In this document: piece after piece, positions 13,410 through 24,700 of the stretch | How positions within the stretch are numbered: the first letter of the stretch is position 1 | Layout of the letters: every line of letters begins with the position of its first letter | DNA from: an uncultured Fidelibacterota bacterium | GTDB lineage: Bacteria; Fidelibacterota; Marinisomatia; Marinisomatales; UBA1611 | Direction of reading: 5' to 3' | Assembly: GCA_902559415.1 (NCBI GenBank) | Contig: CACEHW010000003.1 | Span: 1-61,239, forward strand | Length of the DNA: 61,239 bases | The notes under the pieces: model-generated | What the model was told of the DNA's origin: nothing | Databases searched by the model: none | The model's input: the letters and a program-made list of their open reading frames with translations, nothing else | Translations under genes and position numbers: made by a program

Positions 13410-14174
13410 ATGATTAATTGGGTCGGGTTATATACTTTAACAAGCAGAGAAGTTGGAAGGTTTTTTTCTGTTTACCGCCAAACTGTAATCCCAGGTTTAA
13501 TATCTTCTGTGTTATACATTCTCATTTTCGGATTTACTCTTGAACAACGCATTTCAGAAATTCAAGGTGTTTCATATACAATGTTCATTTTGCCAGGACT
13601 AATCATGATGAATACGTTAACAAATGCTTCTTCAAATACTTCATCTTCAATGCTCCAAATGAAACTTTTGCAACAATTACCAGACTTATTAACTGCTCCT
13701 TTATCAGGTCTAGAAATTTCTCTAGCATATATTATTGGAGGCACAATAAGAGGGATGGTTAATGGAATATTAGTTTTATTAGTTGGTATAGTTTTAATAG
13801 ACCTCCCAGTTAATAACCCCGCTGGGACTTTATTATTCATATTCCTAGTTTCATGGGCATTTTCAAGTATGGGTCTGGTAATGGGGCAAATAGCTGAAAG
13901 CTGGGATCAACTTGCTATGATTCAAAATTTTTTCCTGACACCTCTGAGCTTTTTAGGAGGTGTTTTTTATTCAATTAAAATGTTACCTGACTGGGCACAG
14001 AACCTTAGTTATTTTAACCCAATATACTACATGATCAATGGAATTCGATTTATGATATTAGAAAAAAGTGACTCGCCTGTTAGCATCAGCCTATGGATGG
14101 CAATATTATTAACATTACTATTTACTAGCCTAGCAATCATCATGATGCAATCTGGAAAAAGAATAAAACAGTGA
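13410..14174 (+). CDS. ABC-2 transporter permease (YadH-like)
   Basis: About 6 TM; FILPGLIMM, PLSFLGGVFYS, NPIYYMINGIR. Confidence 0.93.
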   Translation: MINWVGLYTLTSREVGRFFSVYRQTVIPGLISSVLYILIFGFTLEQRISEIQGVSYTMFILPGLIMMNTLTNASSNTSSSMLQMKLLQQLPDLLTAPLSGLEISLAYIIGGTIRGMVNGILVLLVGIVLIDLPVNNPAGTLLFIFLVSWAFSSMGLVMGQIAESWDQLAMIQNFFLTPLSFLGGVFYSIKMLPDWAQNLSYFNPIYYMINGIRFMILEKSDSPVSISLWMAILLTLLFTSLAIIMMQSGKRIKQ

Positions 14175-14878
14175 TTAAAAAAAGGGTCACTTTAGTTGCA
14201 ATATCATTCCTTTTTGCGCATGACCCAGATAATGAAAAAATTGTTATAGATGATTTCATTCGAATTGGGTTTGTTAGTAATGCAGAAATAGAACAAAATG
14301 GTTTAGGCTCATTTTATAGATTAAAGCGAGTTACTAATAATACTTTTAGAGATTTAAAAATGTATGCACATTTTTTCGACTCAAGATCAGAACTAAAAAT
14401 GAGAGTTAAATCAAGTAATAAATATGATTTTAATTCAAACCTCTATCATTTCACGACATATAGCTATCATAAATCAGGAAATAATCTAAGGTATCATTTT
14501 AATCAGGGGATAGGATTTCTTTTGAGAAACACTAAAAAAGGGAATTTTACATCTGAAGTCGGATGGGCGTATGATAAATCCGATTTTATTGATAGTGATG
14601 AAAAAACAACATATATAAAAAGCGCTATCTCCCTTGATCAAAACTTTGAAAAATTAAAGATAAAATTAGAGCTTGAATACTATGACCAAATATCAGAGAC
14701 CCTTGTATTTGATTTATCTAGATTTGAAACAAACTTAGAGATTCAATATAAACTAAATAAATATTGGGATGCCGTTTTTAGTCTAGATAGAGAAGTGTAT
14801 ACTGAAAACGAAAACCAATTTAGATCAGATCCAACTACAATTTTTATTTCTCTTAATCGAAATGGATTATTTAATTAA
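14171..14878 (+). CDS. Putative outer-membrane beta-barrel (DUF481-like)
   Basis: Signal peptide and alternating aromatic beta-strands (NQGIGFL, EVGWAYD, LEIQYKL). Confidence 0.5.
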   Translation: MIKKRVTLVAISFLFAHDPDNEKIVIDDFIRIGFVSNAEIEQNGLGSFYRLKRVTNNTFRDLKMYAHFFDSRSELKMRVKSSNKYDFNSNLYHFTTYSYHKSGNNLRYHFNQGIGFLLRNTKKGNFTSEVGWAYDKSDFIDSDEKTTYIKSAISLDQNFEKLKIKLELEYYDQISETLVFDLSRFETNLEIQYKLNKYWDAVFSLDREVYTENENQFRSDPTTIFISLNRNGLFN

Positions 14879-17787
14879 AAAGGGTTAACTAAAGCTAATC
14901 TAATATATGGGTCGACGCCCTTAGCATTTGGATTATCAGACCATCCATCAATTGTTTGAGCAATCCCTAAACTATAAACTAAAAGCGGTAAGTTTCCAAT
15001 TAATAGAGAAGCTCTGGCCTCAATACCTGCTGTGATTACCCATTCATCATTATTAGAGCCCCAAACTTTCCCATAGTCAGATATTATAGAAAACGACAAT
15101 TTACCTGCTTTAATAATTCGTAAGACTTCTATAATATTTAAATTAATTAACGGGCTTCTAAATTCTGTTGTCCCCATAAAAGCGCTATTGCCTAGTATAG
15201 CACCAGAATAACCTCTAGGGCTCATGTGCTCTTTCCCTAAAATAAGTTGCCCAGCATAATAATTAGTTGGAATATCAACGAGCCCAGCTGTTTCTTGATT
15301 AGGGGGGCTACCTGAAATCTGCTCGTATCTAGCTCGAGAGTATAAAGTGAATGGGCCAATTTTTTTATTTATATATGAATCTAATTCATAGTGGTTATAA
15401 GTAAAGTCTCCCCAAATATTTTTATCTGTGAAATTCGTTGCTATTTTTAAACCGTATCCATTTCTAGGCATTAACATACTGTTTAATTCTGGCCTTTTAT
15501 TTGAAAATATATAAGTAAATGATAGAGACCCTTCTCCTCCACTTTGTGGTGGGGACTCACTAAAAATGTCTAAGCTATCTGGCTCATATGCCACTTCACG
15601 GTTAAAAAACTTCAATGAATATCTTAAGTTATGATTTGAAGAAATTGTTCTACCAAAATTATAATTTTGGTAACCAAATAACTCAACCCCATTATAAAAC
15701 TCAATTAAATAATCTTCATTTCTATTAAATGTTCTCTGTTCAAAAAATAAATCCTTATAGTAATTCACCCCCCAAAAACCACCTATTGGCCATCCTGTTG
15801 CATTTAAATAACCAAAACCACCAAAAACATCTTTATAATCACTAAAAACAAATGACTGAAAAATTTCTCTACCCGTTGCATCTGCATATGCACCATTGTA
15901 GAGTAATCCCGTAACATCAGGAATTATGACAGTCCCAAAATGTTTTACATTTGCAAAAGAGGAATATTGTACTGATTCTAAGCTATCAATAATATCAGGA
16001 ATAGAATCAAGATTTGGTATGGAAATATCAGGCGTCTTATTTTTCCAGCTTGAGAATTTAGGATTCATCTTAATTTCATCAATATTCGCTAATCTATTAG
16101 GGAAAATATCCACCACTCTTGAAGAATCAACATCACCTAAAGTCATACCTGTAATTGCTGAGTTATCAAATTTCCAACCAACACTAGAGACAGAACCACC
16201 TACATTAGTATTTTGAATTATTTGTGACGTTTTTATATCAACAGTATAAAAATTAGGAGTCATATTAGAATGGGATGTATATGTGATTTTGTTCCCACTA
16301 GGATGCCAAACAGGTAAGTAGTCAACTTTCTTGTCTTTCGTTATCCTAATCGGTTCTTTTCTTTCTAAATCAAAAACAACAATATCCATATTGCCATCAT
16401 CTTTAGATATTGCAAAAGCAATACTAGCACCATCTGGACTCCAAGCTGGAGTTACTATCTGCACATCTCCAGAATAATTAGTAATCCTTTTAACATCATT
16501 TAAATTTTCAATAGATGTCTTGTATAAATTGGAAGAACTGTTTTTATGTGAAACAAATGCAATACTTCTACTATCTGGAGACCAACATGCGTTGTTAGCT
16601 CTTTTTGAATCTGTTACCCTTTTATTCTTTTTTAGACCAATATCATGATAATAAACATCCCAAGTAAGTGATTGATTATTACCATAGCCATATTTTGAAT
16701 AAAGGATTTTTGAACCATCTGGAGAAGATTTTACATAATTAGAAATTCTACCATAATCAATTTCTTTCATTGACCATATAGGCTTAGTATTTCTTTTTGT
16801 TAGCTTTTCTCCTTTTTCATAAAGTTTTTTTCTTCGAGTATTTTCTTTACTTGTATCTCTAGTGGCTATAACCAAAGATAGATCTCCTTGGTTTTTATTT
16901 AATCTACCAACCATTACAATTTTTGTAGAATCTCCTTCAAACCAATCAAACCCATATACATATTTCATTGGTAATGCATACGTTTTACCAATGTCTTCAT
17001 AGGTTTCTTTTTGTGATCTCAAGCTATAATAGTACGTGCTCATTTGTCTACGCCAATCCTCTTCAAATTGCTTAACAGTTATTCCCAAATGCGTTTCAAA
17101 TGCTTGAGCAAAATTAAATAATTTTAAACTGTCTCTGTGATTTAGAATTTGAACAAGTTTTTGGTCACCATATTTATCTGCAAAATACAAAACTTTTGAA
17201 AAACCATCATTATGAGGATCTTTTATTTTATGTAACGAATTTTTAAGCGTATGGTATTTATGAGATAAGTCAAACCTTAATGGCCTCCATTTTTCTGTAA
17301 AATATTCAGCTAAACCTTCCACAAACCAACTAGGGGTTTGGCCGTATAGCTGACCCATAGGTGAAGGAAGCCAAGAATTTACTACATTGAAATAAACAAG
17401 GTGTTGTAGCTCATGAGCAACAACTGTTCTAAGCCACTTTTCATCTTCAGTCCAGACAGCAACATCATTTTGGTCTACCCAAATGACAGTATAATTTGCA
17501 GGTACTGCAAATCCATTCATAACCTCATCCTCAGCTGTAAAAACAATATCTAATTTTTTTAACTCTTCTAAACCAACTTGTTCCATTAGTATTGGTCTTA
17601 CTTTTTCTGCAATGTTAGCCCCTTTTATTGCTATTTCATAAATATCGTTATGATAATGAATATTAAAATTTTCAGTTTTTATAGTTTCCCATTTTAGTTC
17701 AGGATGAGTTCGGTTACTGAACATCCAAGCTCCTTGAGAAAAACAAAAGTTCATAAAGATCAATACTAATGTTATAAAAATTTTCAT
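14875..17787 (-). CDS. Zn-peptidase (HExxH) + PD40/TolB-like propeller + Omp85-like barrel protein
   Basis: VAHELQH and WFVEGLAEY; repeated WSPDG/SPDG/WHPSG blades; C-terminal PRGY..EFR strands ending in F. Confidence 0.75.
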   Translation of the reverse strand: MKIFITLVLIFMNFCFSQGAWMFSNRTHPELKWETIKTENFNIHYHNDIYEIAIKGANIAEKVRPILMEQVGLEELKKLDIVFTAEDEVMNGFAVPANYTVIWVDQNDVAVWTEDEKWLRTVVAHELQHLVYFNVVNSWLPSPMGQLYGQTPSWFVEGLAEYFTEKWRPLRFDLSHKYHTLKNSLHKIKDPHNDGFSKVLYFADKYGDQKLVQILNHRDSLKLFNFAQAFETHLGITVKQFEEDWRRQMSTYYYSLRSQKETYEDIGKTYALPMKYVYGFDWFEGDSTKIVMVGRLNKNQGDLSLVIATRDTSKENTRRKKLYEKGEKLTKRNTKPIWSMKEIDYGRISNYVKSSPDGSKILYSKYGYGNNQSLTWDVYYHDIGLKKNKRVTDSKRANNACWSPDSRSIAFVSHKNSSSNLYKTSIENLNDVKRITNYSGDVQIVTPAWSPDGASIAFAISKDDGNMDIVVFDLERKEPIRITKDKKVDYLPVWHPSGNKITYTSHSNMTPNFYTVDIKTSQIIQNTNVGGSVSSVGWKFDNSAITGMTLGDVDSSRVVDIFPNRLANIDEIKMNPKFSSWKNKTPDISIPNLDSIPDIIDSLESVQYSSFANVKHFGTVIIPDVTGLLYNGAYADATGREIFQSFVFSDYKDVFGGFGYLNATGWPIGGFWGVNYYKDLFFEQRTFNRNEDYLIEFYNGVELFGYQNYNFGRTISSNHNLRYSLKFFNREVAYEPDSLDIFSESPPQSGGEGSLSFTYIFSNKRPELNSMLMPRNGYGLKIATNFTDKNIWGDFTYNHYELDSYINKKIGPFTLYSRARYEQISGSPPNQETAGLVDIPTNYYAGQLILGKEHMSPRGYSGAILGNSAFMGTTEFRSPLINLNIIEVLRIIKAGKLSFSIISDYGKVWGSNNDEWVITAGIEARASLLIGNLPLLVYSLGIAQTIDGWSDNPNAKGVDPYIRLALVNPF

Positions 17788-18410
17788 TTAATTATTCCTA
17801 ATTGCTTTAAACTTTTATAGAGTGTCTCCATATCTGTATAATGTATTCCATTTATACCAACTTTTTTGGCACCATCGATATTTTCAATTAAATCATCGAT
17901 AAAAACACTTTCTACTGGATCGACTTTTGCCAATTCACAAGCTTTTATATAAATTGATTTATGAGGCTTCCTTAGCCCTACTTCATATGAGTAAATAGCC
18001 CCATCTACTAAATGAGGAAAAACAAATTTGTTATCTAATTCATCTTGAATATGTTTTGGATTCGTATTTGATAGAAGCCAAACTTTATAATATTTTTTTA
18101 ATTCAAGTAAAATATCAATTACTTTTGATTCTTCACCAAGTATCATTGCCCAGGCACCCCAAAACTCATTTTCTTTTAAATCAATATTGCCAGGCAATGC
18201 TGATTTAAAAGTATAAAACCATTCTTGATTAGTCATTTGACCTTTTTCATAAATATCATGACCTTTTTCAGGGAAAGACAACCTTACTCTATCATAAGAT
18301 AAACCTGTGATATCAGAGATACGGTTAATCATTTTATCAGGATAAATATGAAGTAATACACCTCCAATATCAAAAAAAATTACTTTAATATTTTTATTTT
18401 TTTTCACCAT
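17784..18410 (-). CDS. HAD-family phosphatase (YihX-like)
   Basis: FFDIGGVL, LLSNTN, RKP, FIDD..EN motifs. Confidence 0.9.
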   Translation of the reverse strand: MVKKNKNIKVIFFDIGGVLLHIYPDKMINRISDITGLSYDRVRLSFPEKGHDIYEKGQMTNQEWFYTFKSALPGNIDLKENEFWGAWAMILGEESKVIDILLELKKYYKVWLLSNTNPKHIQDELDNKFVFPHLVDGAIYSYEVGLRKPHKSIYIKACELAKVDPVESVFIDDLIENIDGAKKVGINGIHYTDMETLYKSLKQLGIIK

Positions 18411-19042
18411 TCAAATGGCCCCTCAACAGCATACCAAAGGTACAAAGACATTATTGTTCTAAAGGGTTTCCATGATTCAGATTTTTCATTCATCAATTCA
18501 ATTGTTGGTAAATCATCTAAAGAATAGAAAATTTGGAACCCTTTTTGAATACCAAGATCAGTCACTGGGAACACATCAGACCTTCTTAGAGTAAAAATTA
18601 AAAACATCTCCGCTGTCCACCTACCAACTCCTTTTATTGTCGTCAATTGGCTAATAATTTCTTGATCATTTAATTTAGAAATATTTTTTTCATCAATTAT
18701 TTTCGTATTAAATGCATGAGCAATATTTTTTATATAACTCGCTTTTTGCCTTGATATTCCAACCTTAAATATTTTTTTAATATCGATATCAATAACTTCA
18801 CTAGGTAACATTCTTTCCCCATTTGCATATAACAATAAATACCTATCAGAAATTTTTTTTGCTGCTTTGCCACTAATTTGCTGATAAATCACGGATCTAC
18901 AAAGGGCCCAAAAATAATTTTTTTCTACAGGAAGAGTTGGAACATTATAAGACTTTAGGAATTTGGATAGATTCACATTTAAAGAAGATAAATAATTGAT
19001 GCCATCAACCATTACCTCTTTGTCAAGAACAGTAATAGACAT
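18404..19042 (-). CDS. alkA: DNA-3-methyladenine glycosylase II (HhH-GPD)
   Basis: IYQQISGKAA, LTTIKGVGRWTAEMFLIF, PVTDLG, WKPFRT. Confidence 0.9.
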   Translation of the reverse strand: MSITVLDKEVMVDGINYLSSLNVNLSKFLKSYNVPTLPVEKNYFWALCRSVIYQQISGKAAKKISDRYLLLYANGERMLPSEVIDIDIKKIFKVGISRQKASYIKNIAHAFNTKIIDEKNISKLNDQEIISQLTTIKGVGRWTAEMFLIFTLRRSDVFPVTDLGIQKGFQIFYSLDDLPTIELMNEKSESWKPFRTIMSLYLWYAVEGPFEW

Positions 19043-19068
19043 TTAAATTTTATTATAGTGACTATTTA

Positions 19069-20151
19069 CTAATCTAAAACAACTAACTCTTTAGTCGTTT
19101 TATTTAATATTTCACAACCATCTTTATTAATAATGACATCATCTTCAATCCTAACTCCACCCCACCCAGCTAAATAAATACCTGGTTCAATTGTCATCAC
19201 ATTATTTTCTTTTAATATGTCTTTACTAGTTGGTGCAAACCGAGGTGAAGTATGAATCTCTAGCCCTAGTCCATGCCCTGTTCCATGAGTATAGTACTCG
19301 CCATAACCCATTTCATGAATATAGTCTCTAGTAGCAGCATCAACTTCTTGACATGGAACCCCTGCTTTTGCAATATCACAGCCCCTTTGCTGGGCCTCTT
19401 TTACAATATTATAGATTTCATGATGCTTATCTGTCGCTTCTCCAACAACAGGTGTTCGAGTCATATCTGCATGATAACCTGCATATTTAGCTGCTGCATC
19501 AATTACAATAAAATCACCCTTTTTAAATTCCCTGTCAGTTGGAATTGCATGCGGCAAGGCCCCATTTGGTCCCGTGGCAACAATGGGAGAATAAGCTTCA
19601 CCATCTCCGTATTCTCGATATTTAGAAACTAATGTATTGGCAACTTGTTTTTCAGTATATCCAGGCCTGAGCATTGGGAGAATCTCCTCATAGACCTTAT
19701 CCGTTATTTCAACAGCTACTCGGAAAGCATCTAATTCAACCTCATCCTTAACTGCAGCAAGGTCTTCCACCATCATTTGTGTACTTGTCCAGTCAATATC
19801 AGTAAAGCCATTCTTTATAGAATCATAAAGCGTGAAATTTACATGGTCTCCTTCAAATCCTATTTTTGAACTTGAACTCAATAAATTATTTTTTTTAATT
19901 ATTGATAAATGCGATGCCATGTCAATGAACCTCTTAAACCCTTTTACCTGATCTTTAGACTGTTCAATGTATCTACCATCAGTAATAAAATACTGACCTT
20001 CTTGTGTAACTAAGCATGCCCCAGCTGAACCAGTAAAGCCACAAATATATCTGATATTTGTGAGGTTAGTGATTAATAAACCATCTAGTTTATTTTCAGA
20101 TAAAACATTTTTTAATTTTTCTTGTCTTTTAAAATATATATTTTCATTCAT
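19069..20151 (-). CDS. Xaa-Pro aminopeptidase/dipeptidase (M24B)
   Basis: Creatinase_N domain; ID..A..GYHADMTRT, HGTGHGLGLEIH, TIEPGIY, GVRIEDD. Confidence 0.95.
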   Translation of the reverse strand: MNENIYFKRQEKLKNVLSENKLDGLLITNLTNIRYICGFTGSAGACLVTQEGQYFITDGRYIEQSKDQVKGFKRFIDMASHLSIIKKNNLLSSSSKIGFEGDHVNFTLYDSIKNGFTDIDWTSTQMMVEDLAAVKDEVELDAFRVAVEITDKVYEEILPMLRPGYTEKQVANTLVSKYREYGDGEAYSPIVATGPNGALPHAIPTDREFKKGDFIVIDAAAKYAGYHADMTRTPVVGEATDKHHEIYNIVKEAQQRGCDIAKAGVPCQEVDAATRDYIHEMGYGEYYTHGTGHGLGLEIHTSPRFAPTSKDILKENNVMTIEPGIYLAGWGGVRIEDDVIINKDGCEILNKTTKELVVLD

Positions 20152-20840
20152 TATTTATCATTCTCTTTTTCAGATGTTTTTATTAACGCTTTTACTGAAT
20201 CTCTTTCTAACCTAATCATATCAGGATCTTCGCCTTTTTGTTCTAAAAGGTCAAGGACTTCAAGTGCTTGGTAAAACAATGCTTGATTTTTTAAAACATT
20301 TACTAAAGTAAAAGTTGCAAGCCGCACGCTAACATTTAAAGATTCAGTTGACTCGTCAACTTTTTTCACTGTCTTTTTTGGCTTTGCTTTTTTAGTTACT
20401 TTTTTTGATCCAGTTTTGGTTTTCTTGTTCTCTTTATTTGATGATTCTACCTTTTCAATAAATTCTTTAGCTAAATTATTAGAAGGATCTAAAGCTAGTA
20501 CTTTTTTCCATGCTGTAAGAAGCCTTGAAGGAGATCTCCCTAGTACTGTTTGAATTTCACAATACATAATAGCAGCATCAATATTATCAGGGCTGTACTT
20601 TAGAGTATGTTTTAATTCTTTTTCAGCATCTTTTAAATTTCCTTCTGCTTTTTCAACTTTAGCTAGTACAAACCTACCTACTGCATCATTCTCATGATAC
20701 CCAAGACCAATATTACACACTTTCCTAGCTCTTCTGTAGTCTTCCTGATTGAAATATATATCAGCTAACACTGGGAATAATATTGTATCAAAATGATCAG
20801 CAAAGTATAGCTCTAATTCAATTTGATTTTTTAAATCCAT
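20151..20840 (-). CDS. TPR-repeat protein
   Basis: N-terminal TPR-like helices, Lys-rich linker, C-terminal T.TL..V...Q.....ALE helical motif. Confidence 0.7.
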   Translation of the reverse strand: MDLKNQIELELYFADHFDTILFPVLADIYFNQEDYRRARKVCNIGLGYHENDAVGRFVLAKVEKAEGNLKDAEKELKHTLKYSPDNIDAAIMYCEIQTVLGRSPSRLLTAWKKVLALDPSNNLAKEFIEKVESSNKENKKTKTGSKKVTKKAKPKKTVKKVDESTESLNVSVRLATFTLVNVLKNQALFYQALEVLDLLEQKGEDPDMIRLERDSVKALIKTSEKENDK

Positions 20841-20841
20841 T

Positions 20842-21246
20842 TTAACGCCTATTCTTTTTAACCCAATTTGTAATATAATCTATCGTTTCATTAACTGGTG
20901 TACCTGGCCCATATAATTTACCAACACCAGAAGACTCTAAAGATTCAATATCTTTTTTAGGAATTATTCCACCACCTATTAATAAAACATTTTCTAATTC
21001 TTTGGTTTTCATAATTTCAATTAGTCGAGGGAAAATAGTATTATGGGCATTATTAAGACTAGATAATGCTATTACATCAGCATCTTCTTGCAGAGCAGCT
21101 GAAACTATCATTTCAGGAGTCTGTCTTAAACCTAAGTAGATAACTTCCATCCCCGCATCTCGATACGCAGCCGCGAGGACCTTAATACCTCTATCGTGGC
21201 CATCTAAACCAGGCTTAGCCATCACAATTCTTATTTTTCTTTCCAT
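20842..21246 (-). CDS. Methylmalonyl-CoA mutase-family small subunit (cobalamin-binding domain)
   Basis: KPGLDGHDRG (DxHxxG), GLRQTPE, GGGIIP. Confidence 0.93.
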   Translation of the reverse strand: MERKIRIVMAKPGLDGHDRGIKVLAAAYRDAGMEVIYLGLRQTPEMIVSAALQEDADVIALSSLNNAHNTIFPRLIEIMKTKELENVLLIGGGIIPKKDIESLESSGVGKLYGPGTPVNETIDYITNWVKKNRR

Positions 21247-21279
21247 AATTCTAATAAATTAATTATGCCTGAGGTTAGT

Positions 21280-21726
21280 TCATAATTCTTTAGAATTAAT
21301 AATAAAAGTAGATGGCCCCTCGTTCACCAACTCTACGTCCATCATTTCACCAAAAACACCACCCAATGTTTTAATTCCTAAATCACGAAAATCCGCTATT
21401 AAATTTTCATATAGTTTTAAACTTATTTTAGGAGATTCTGCATTCACAAAGCTCGGCCTTCTTCCTTTTTTTATATCCCCACAAAGAGTGAATTGACTTA
21501 CCACTAATAAAGATCCTTTGGTATCTAAAATTGATAAGTTCATTTTACCTTTTTCATCACCAAAAATTCTAAGATTAGATATTTTGTCTACCGTTTTTTT
21601 AATATCAATAGGTTCATCGCCAACTTGAACACCAACTAATAACAATAGTCCAGATTTTATTTCTGAAACAATTGTTTTATTAACAGATACTTTTGCACTT
21701 GAACATCTCTGTGCAATTGTAATCAT
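21280..21726 (-). CDS. dtd: D-aminoacyl-tRNA deacylase
   Basis: LRIF.D..GKMN, VSQFTL, GRRPSF, N.GP.T. Confidence 0.96.
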   Translation of the reverse strand: MITIAQRCSSAKVSVNKTIVSEIKSGLLLLVGVQVGDEPIDIKKTVDKISNLRIFGDEKGKMNLSILDTKGSLLVVSQFTLCGDIKKGRRPSFVNAESPKISLKLYENLIADFRDLGIKTLGGVFGEMMDVELVNEGPSTFIINSKEL

Positions 21727-24700
21727 TCTACTCGAATATTTTCTTTGCCATACTTATCACGCAACTGCTTAATAAAATTTTTATCTGTTGAAATTTTAAT
21801 ATTGTGAGCTAAAACTGTTACTGGCTTACTTAATGCAGGATTAGGATTAGATAAATAAAATAATAGATTGCAATCACCCGGAAACCTTCTTGAAAACTCA
21901 TAAAGGTCTTCAATATCCTCAGGAGAGACGTTTTGGGAACTAAGATTAATTATTAATTTTCTAGAAAAATATTCCCTAGCATTTTCAACAGATACAATTT
22001 TATCAGCCATTACTTTTAGATCAGAAAAATTTGTATCATCTGCCATTTTCCCATTAATGAAAATCACTGCATCTTCTTCGATTAAATTTTCATACTTTTC
22101 AAAACAATCAGAAAAAGCAATTACCTCTACCGTCCCACCAAAACAATCCATTTCAAAAAATGCCATAGCACGATTTCGCCTATCATATTTTTTTGTAATC
22201 TTTGTTACCATCCCTCCAACCGTAACAACTTCGTTCTTTTTTAGCGATAGACTATCAGAAAAATCAACTGATGTAAATTCTTCTATCTCGTCTGCATGCT
22301 CTAATAAAGGATGCCCGGAAACATACATGCCTAAAACTTCTTTTTCAAATAAAAGTGATTTCTTTTCATCCCAGTCTTCTATCTCTTTTAGCTCAGGTAT
22401 TTTAATCAATGAGCTTTGCTCATCTCCAATTGAAAAAAGGTCAACCTGATTTTTATTCCCTGAGTTTTGAAGCTGTTGCCCATATTTTATTGCAGTATCG
22501 ATTGCATCAAAATTTTGAGCCCTAGAACCAGATAGAGAATCCATAGCACCAGATTTTATTAAACTTTCTAGAACACGTTTATTAACTTTTTGTTGATCAA
22601 TTCTAGAGCAAAAATCAAAAATTGACTCAAAAGGGCCTTCATCTTCACGGTTTTCTATAATACTCTCTAAAGCTTTCTCTCCAACATTTTTTATTGCATT
22701 AAGACCATATGAAATATTGTTTTCATCAATAGGAGAGAATTGAGTGTATGAGATATTCACATCAGGAGACTTCACTTCAATTTTTAATTTTTTACATTCG
22801 TTAATTAATGTAACAATCCTGTCAATACTAGACATTTCACTAGTTAAATTTGCAGCCATAAACTCCGCAGCATGAAATGTTTTAAGCCATGCAGTTTGAT
22901 AAGCAATGTATGCATAGGCAGTAGAGTGACTTTTATTAAAGCCATACTGAGCAAATTTTTCTATTAATGCATAAATCTCTTCGGCCTTCTTTTTAGAGAT
23001 ATCATTTTTTTGAGCACCAGAAACAAATTTTAACGAAAGTTCATCCATTAATCTTTTATCTTTTTTCCCCATTGCTCTTCTCATAATATCCGCTTCAGAT
23101 AGTGAAAAACCAGCAATATCATGGGCAATCTGCATGACCTGCTCTTGATATACTATAATTCCATAAGTTTCTTCGAGTATTGGGACTAATGACGGGTGCG
23201 GGTATACTATCTTTTTGCTGCCCTGTTTCCTAGAAATAAAATTATCAATGTTATTCATTGGCCCAGGCCTATAAAGAGCATTCATCGCAATTAAATCACC
23301 AATTGCAGTAGGCTTAAGCTTTTTTAAGAATTCCCTCATGCCTGATGACTCAAACTGAAAAACTCCAATAGTCAACCCATTTGCAAATAGCTTATATACC
23401 TCAGGCTCTTCCATTGAAACTTTATCAATCTCCACTTGCTCGCCCTTTAATTCAATTAAATTAAGTGCTTTATTAATTACTGTTAAGTTTCTAAGGCCTA
23501 AGAAATCCATCTTTAATAGACCAAGATCCTCCAGTCCTTTCATATCATATTGAGTTGTTACATCTCCGGATGATGACTTATAGAGAGGTACATAATTTGT
23601 TAAATCACCAGGTGCAATTACTACTCCAGCAGCATGAATTGAAGCGTGCCTATTCATCCCCTCTAAAACTAATGAGTGTTCTACTAATTCTTTGTATTCA
23701 TTTTCAGACATTTCTCTGAATTCAGGGCTTTTCTTAATCGCATTTTCTAAAGTTATATTTAATTCATCGGGTATTGCTTTTGCTAAACGATCAACTTCAC
23801 TAAAAGTATAACCCATAACTCTACCAACATCTCTTATTACTTGTTTGGCCTTCATTGAGCCAAAGGTAATTATTTGAGACACAGATGACTCACCATATTG
23901 AGTTTTTATATAATCAATTACCTCACCTCGTCTTTCGATACAAAAATCTATATCAATATCGGGCATACTTATCCTATCAGGATTAAGGAAACGCTCAAAT
24001 AATAAATTATGCTTAATAGGGTCTATATCTGTTATCCCTAAAGCATATGAAACTAAACTCCCTGCTGCAGATCCACGTCCTGGCCCAACAGGGATTTTAT
24101 TTTTTTTAGCGTATTGAACAAAATCAGCAGTAATCAAGAAATAACCTGCAAAACCCATATTTTTAATGACACTTAATTCATGATCAATTAAATCATTTAC
24201 TTTAGGAGTCATTTCTGAATAAAGTCCCCTCGCCCCGTTGATTACAAGTTTTTTCAAGTATGCATCAGGGTCTGTATCTGGCTCCTCCTCAGGAATAGGA
24301 AAATTTGGAAGGTGGTAATCGCCAGTAATAATTTCAAAATCTATGGATTCTGCAATTTCCCGAGTATTTTCAATAGCACCAGGAACATTTTTAAAAAGCT
24401 TATGCATTTCATCCTGTGTCTTAAAATAAAATTCAGGGGTAGCATACCTCAATCTATTAGGGTCGTCTCTATCTTTTCCCGTCCCAAGACAAATATGAAT
24501 ATCATGCGCCTCTGAATGTTCTTTCCTTGAGTAATGAGCGTCATTTGTACATACAAGTGGTAATGAAAGATCTAAAGCTAATTTTTTCATATTCTCTATA
24601 TTTGCCTCTTCTTCGGGAATCCCATGATTTTGGACCTCAAGATAAAAACGATCTGAAAATATTTCTGCATACTTTAAAGCAGCTTCCCTAGCTCCATTAT

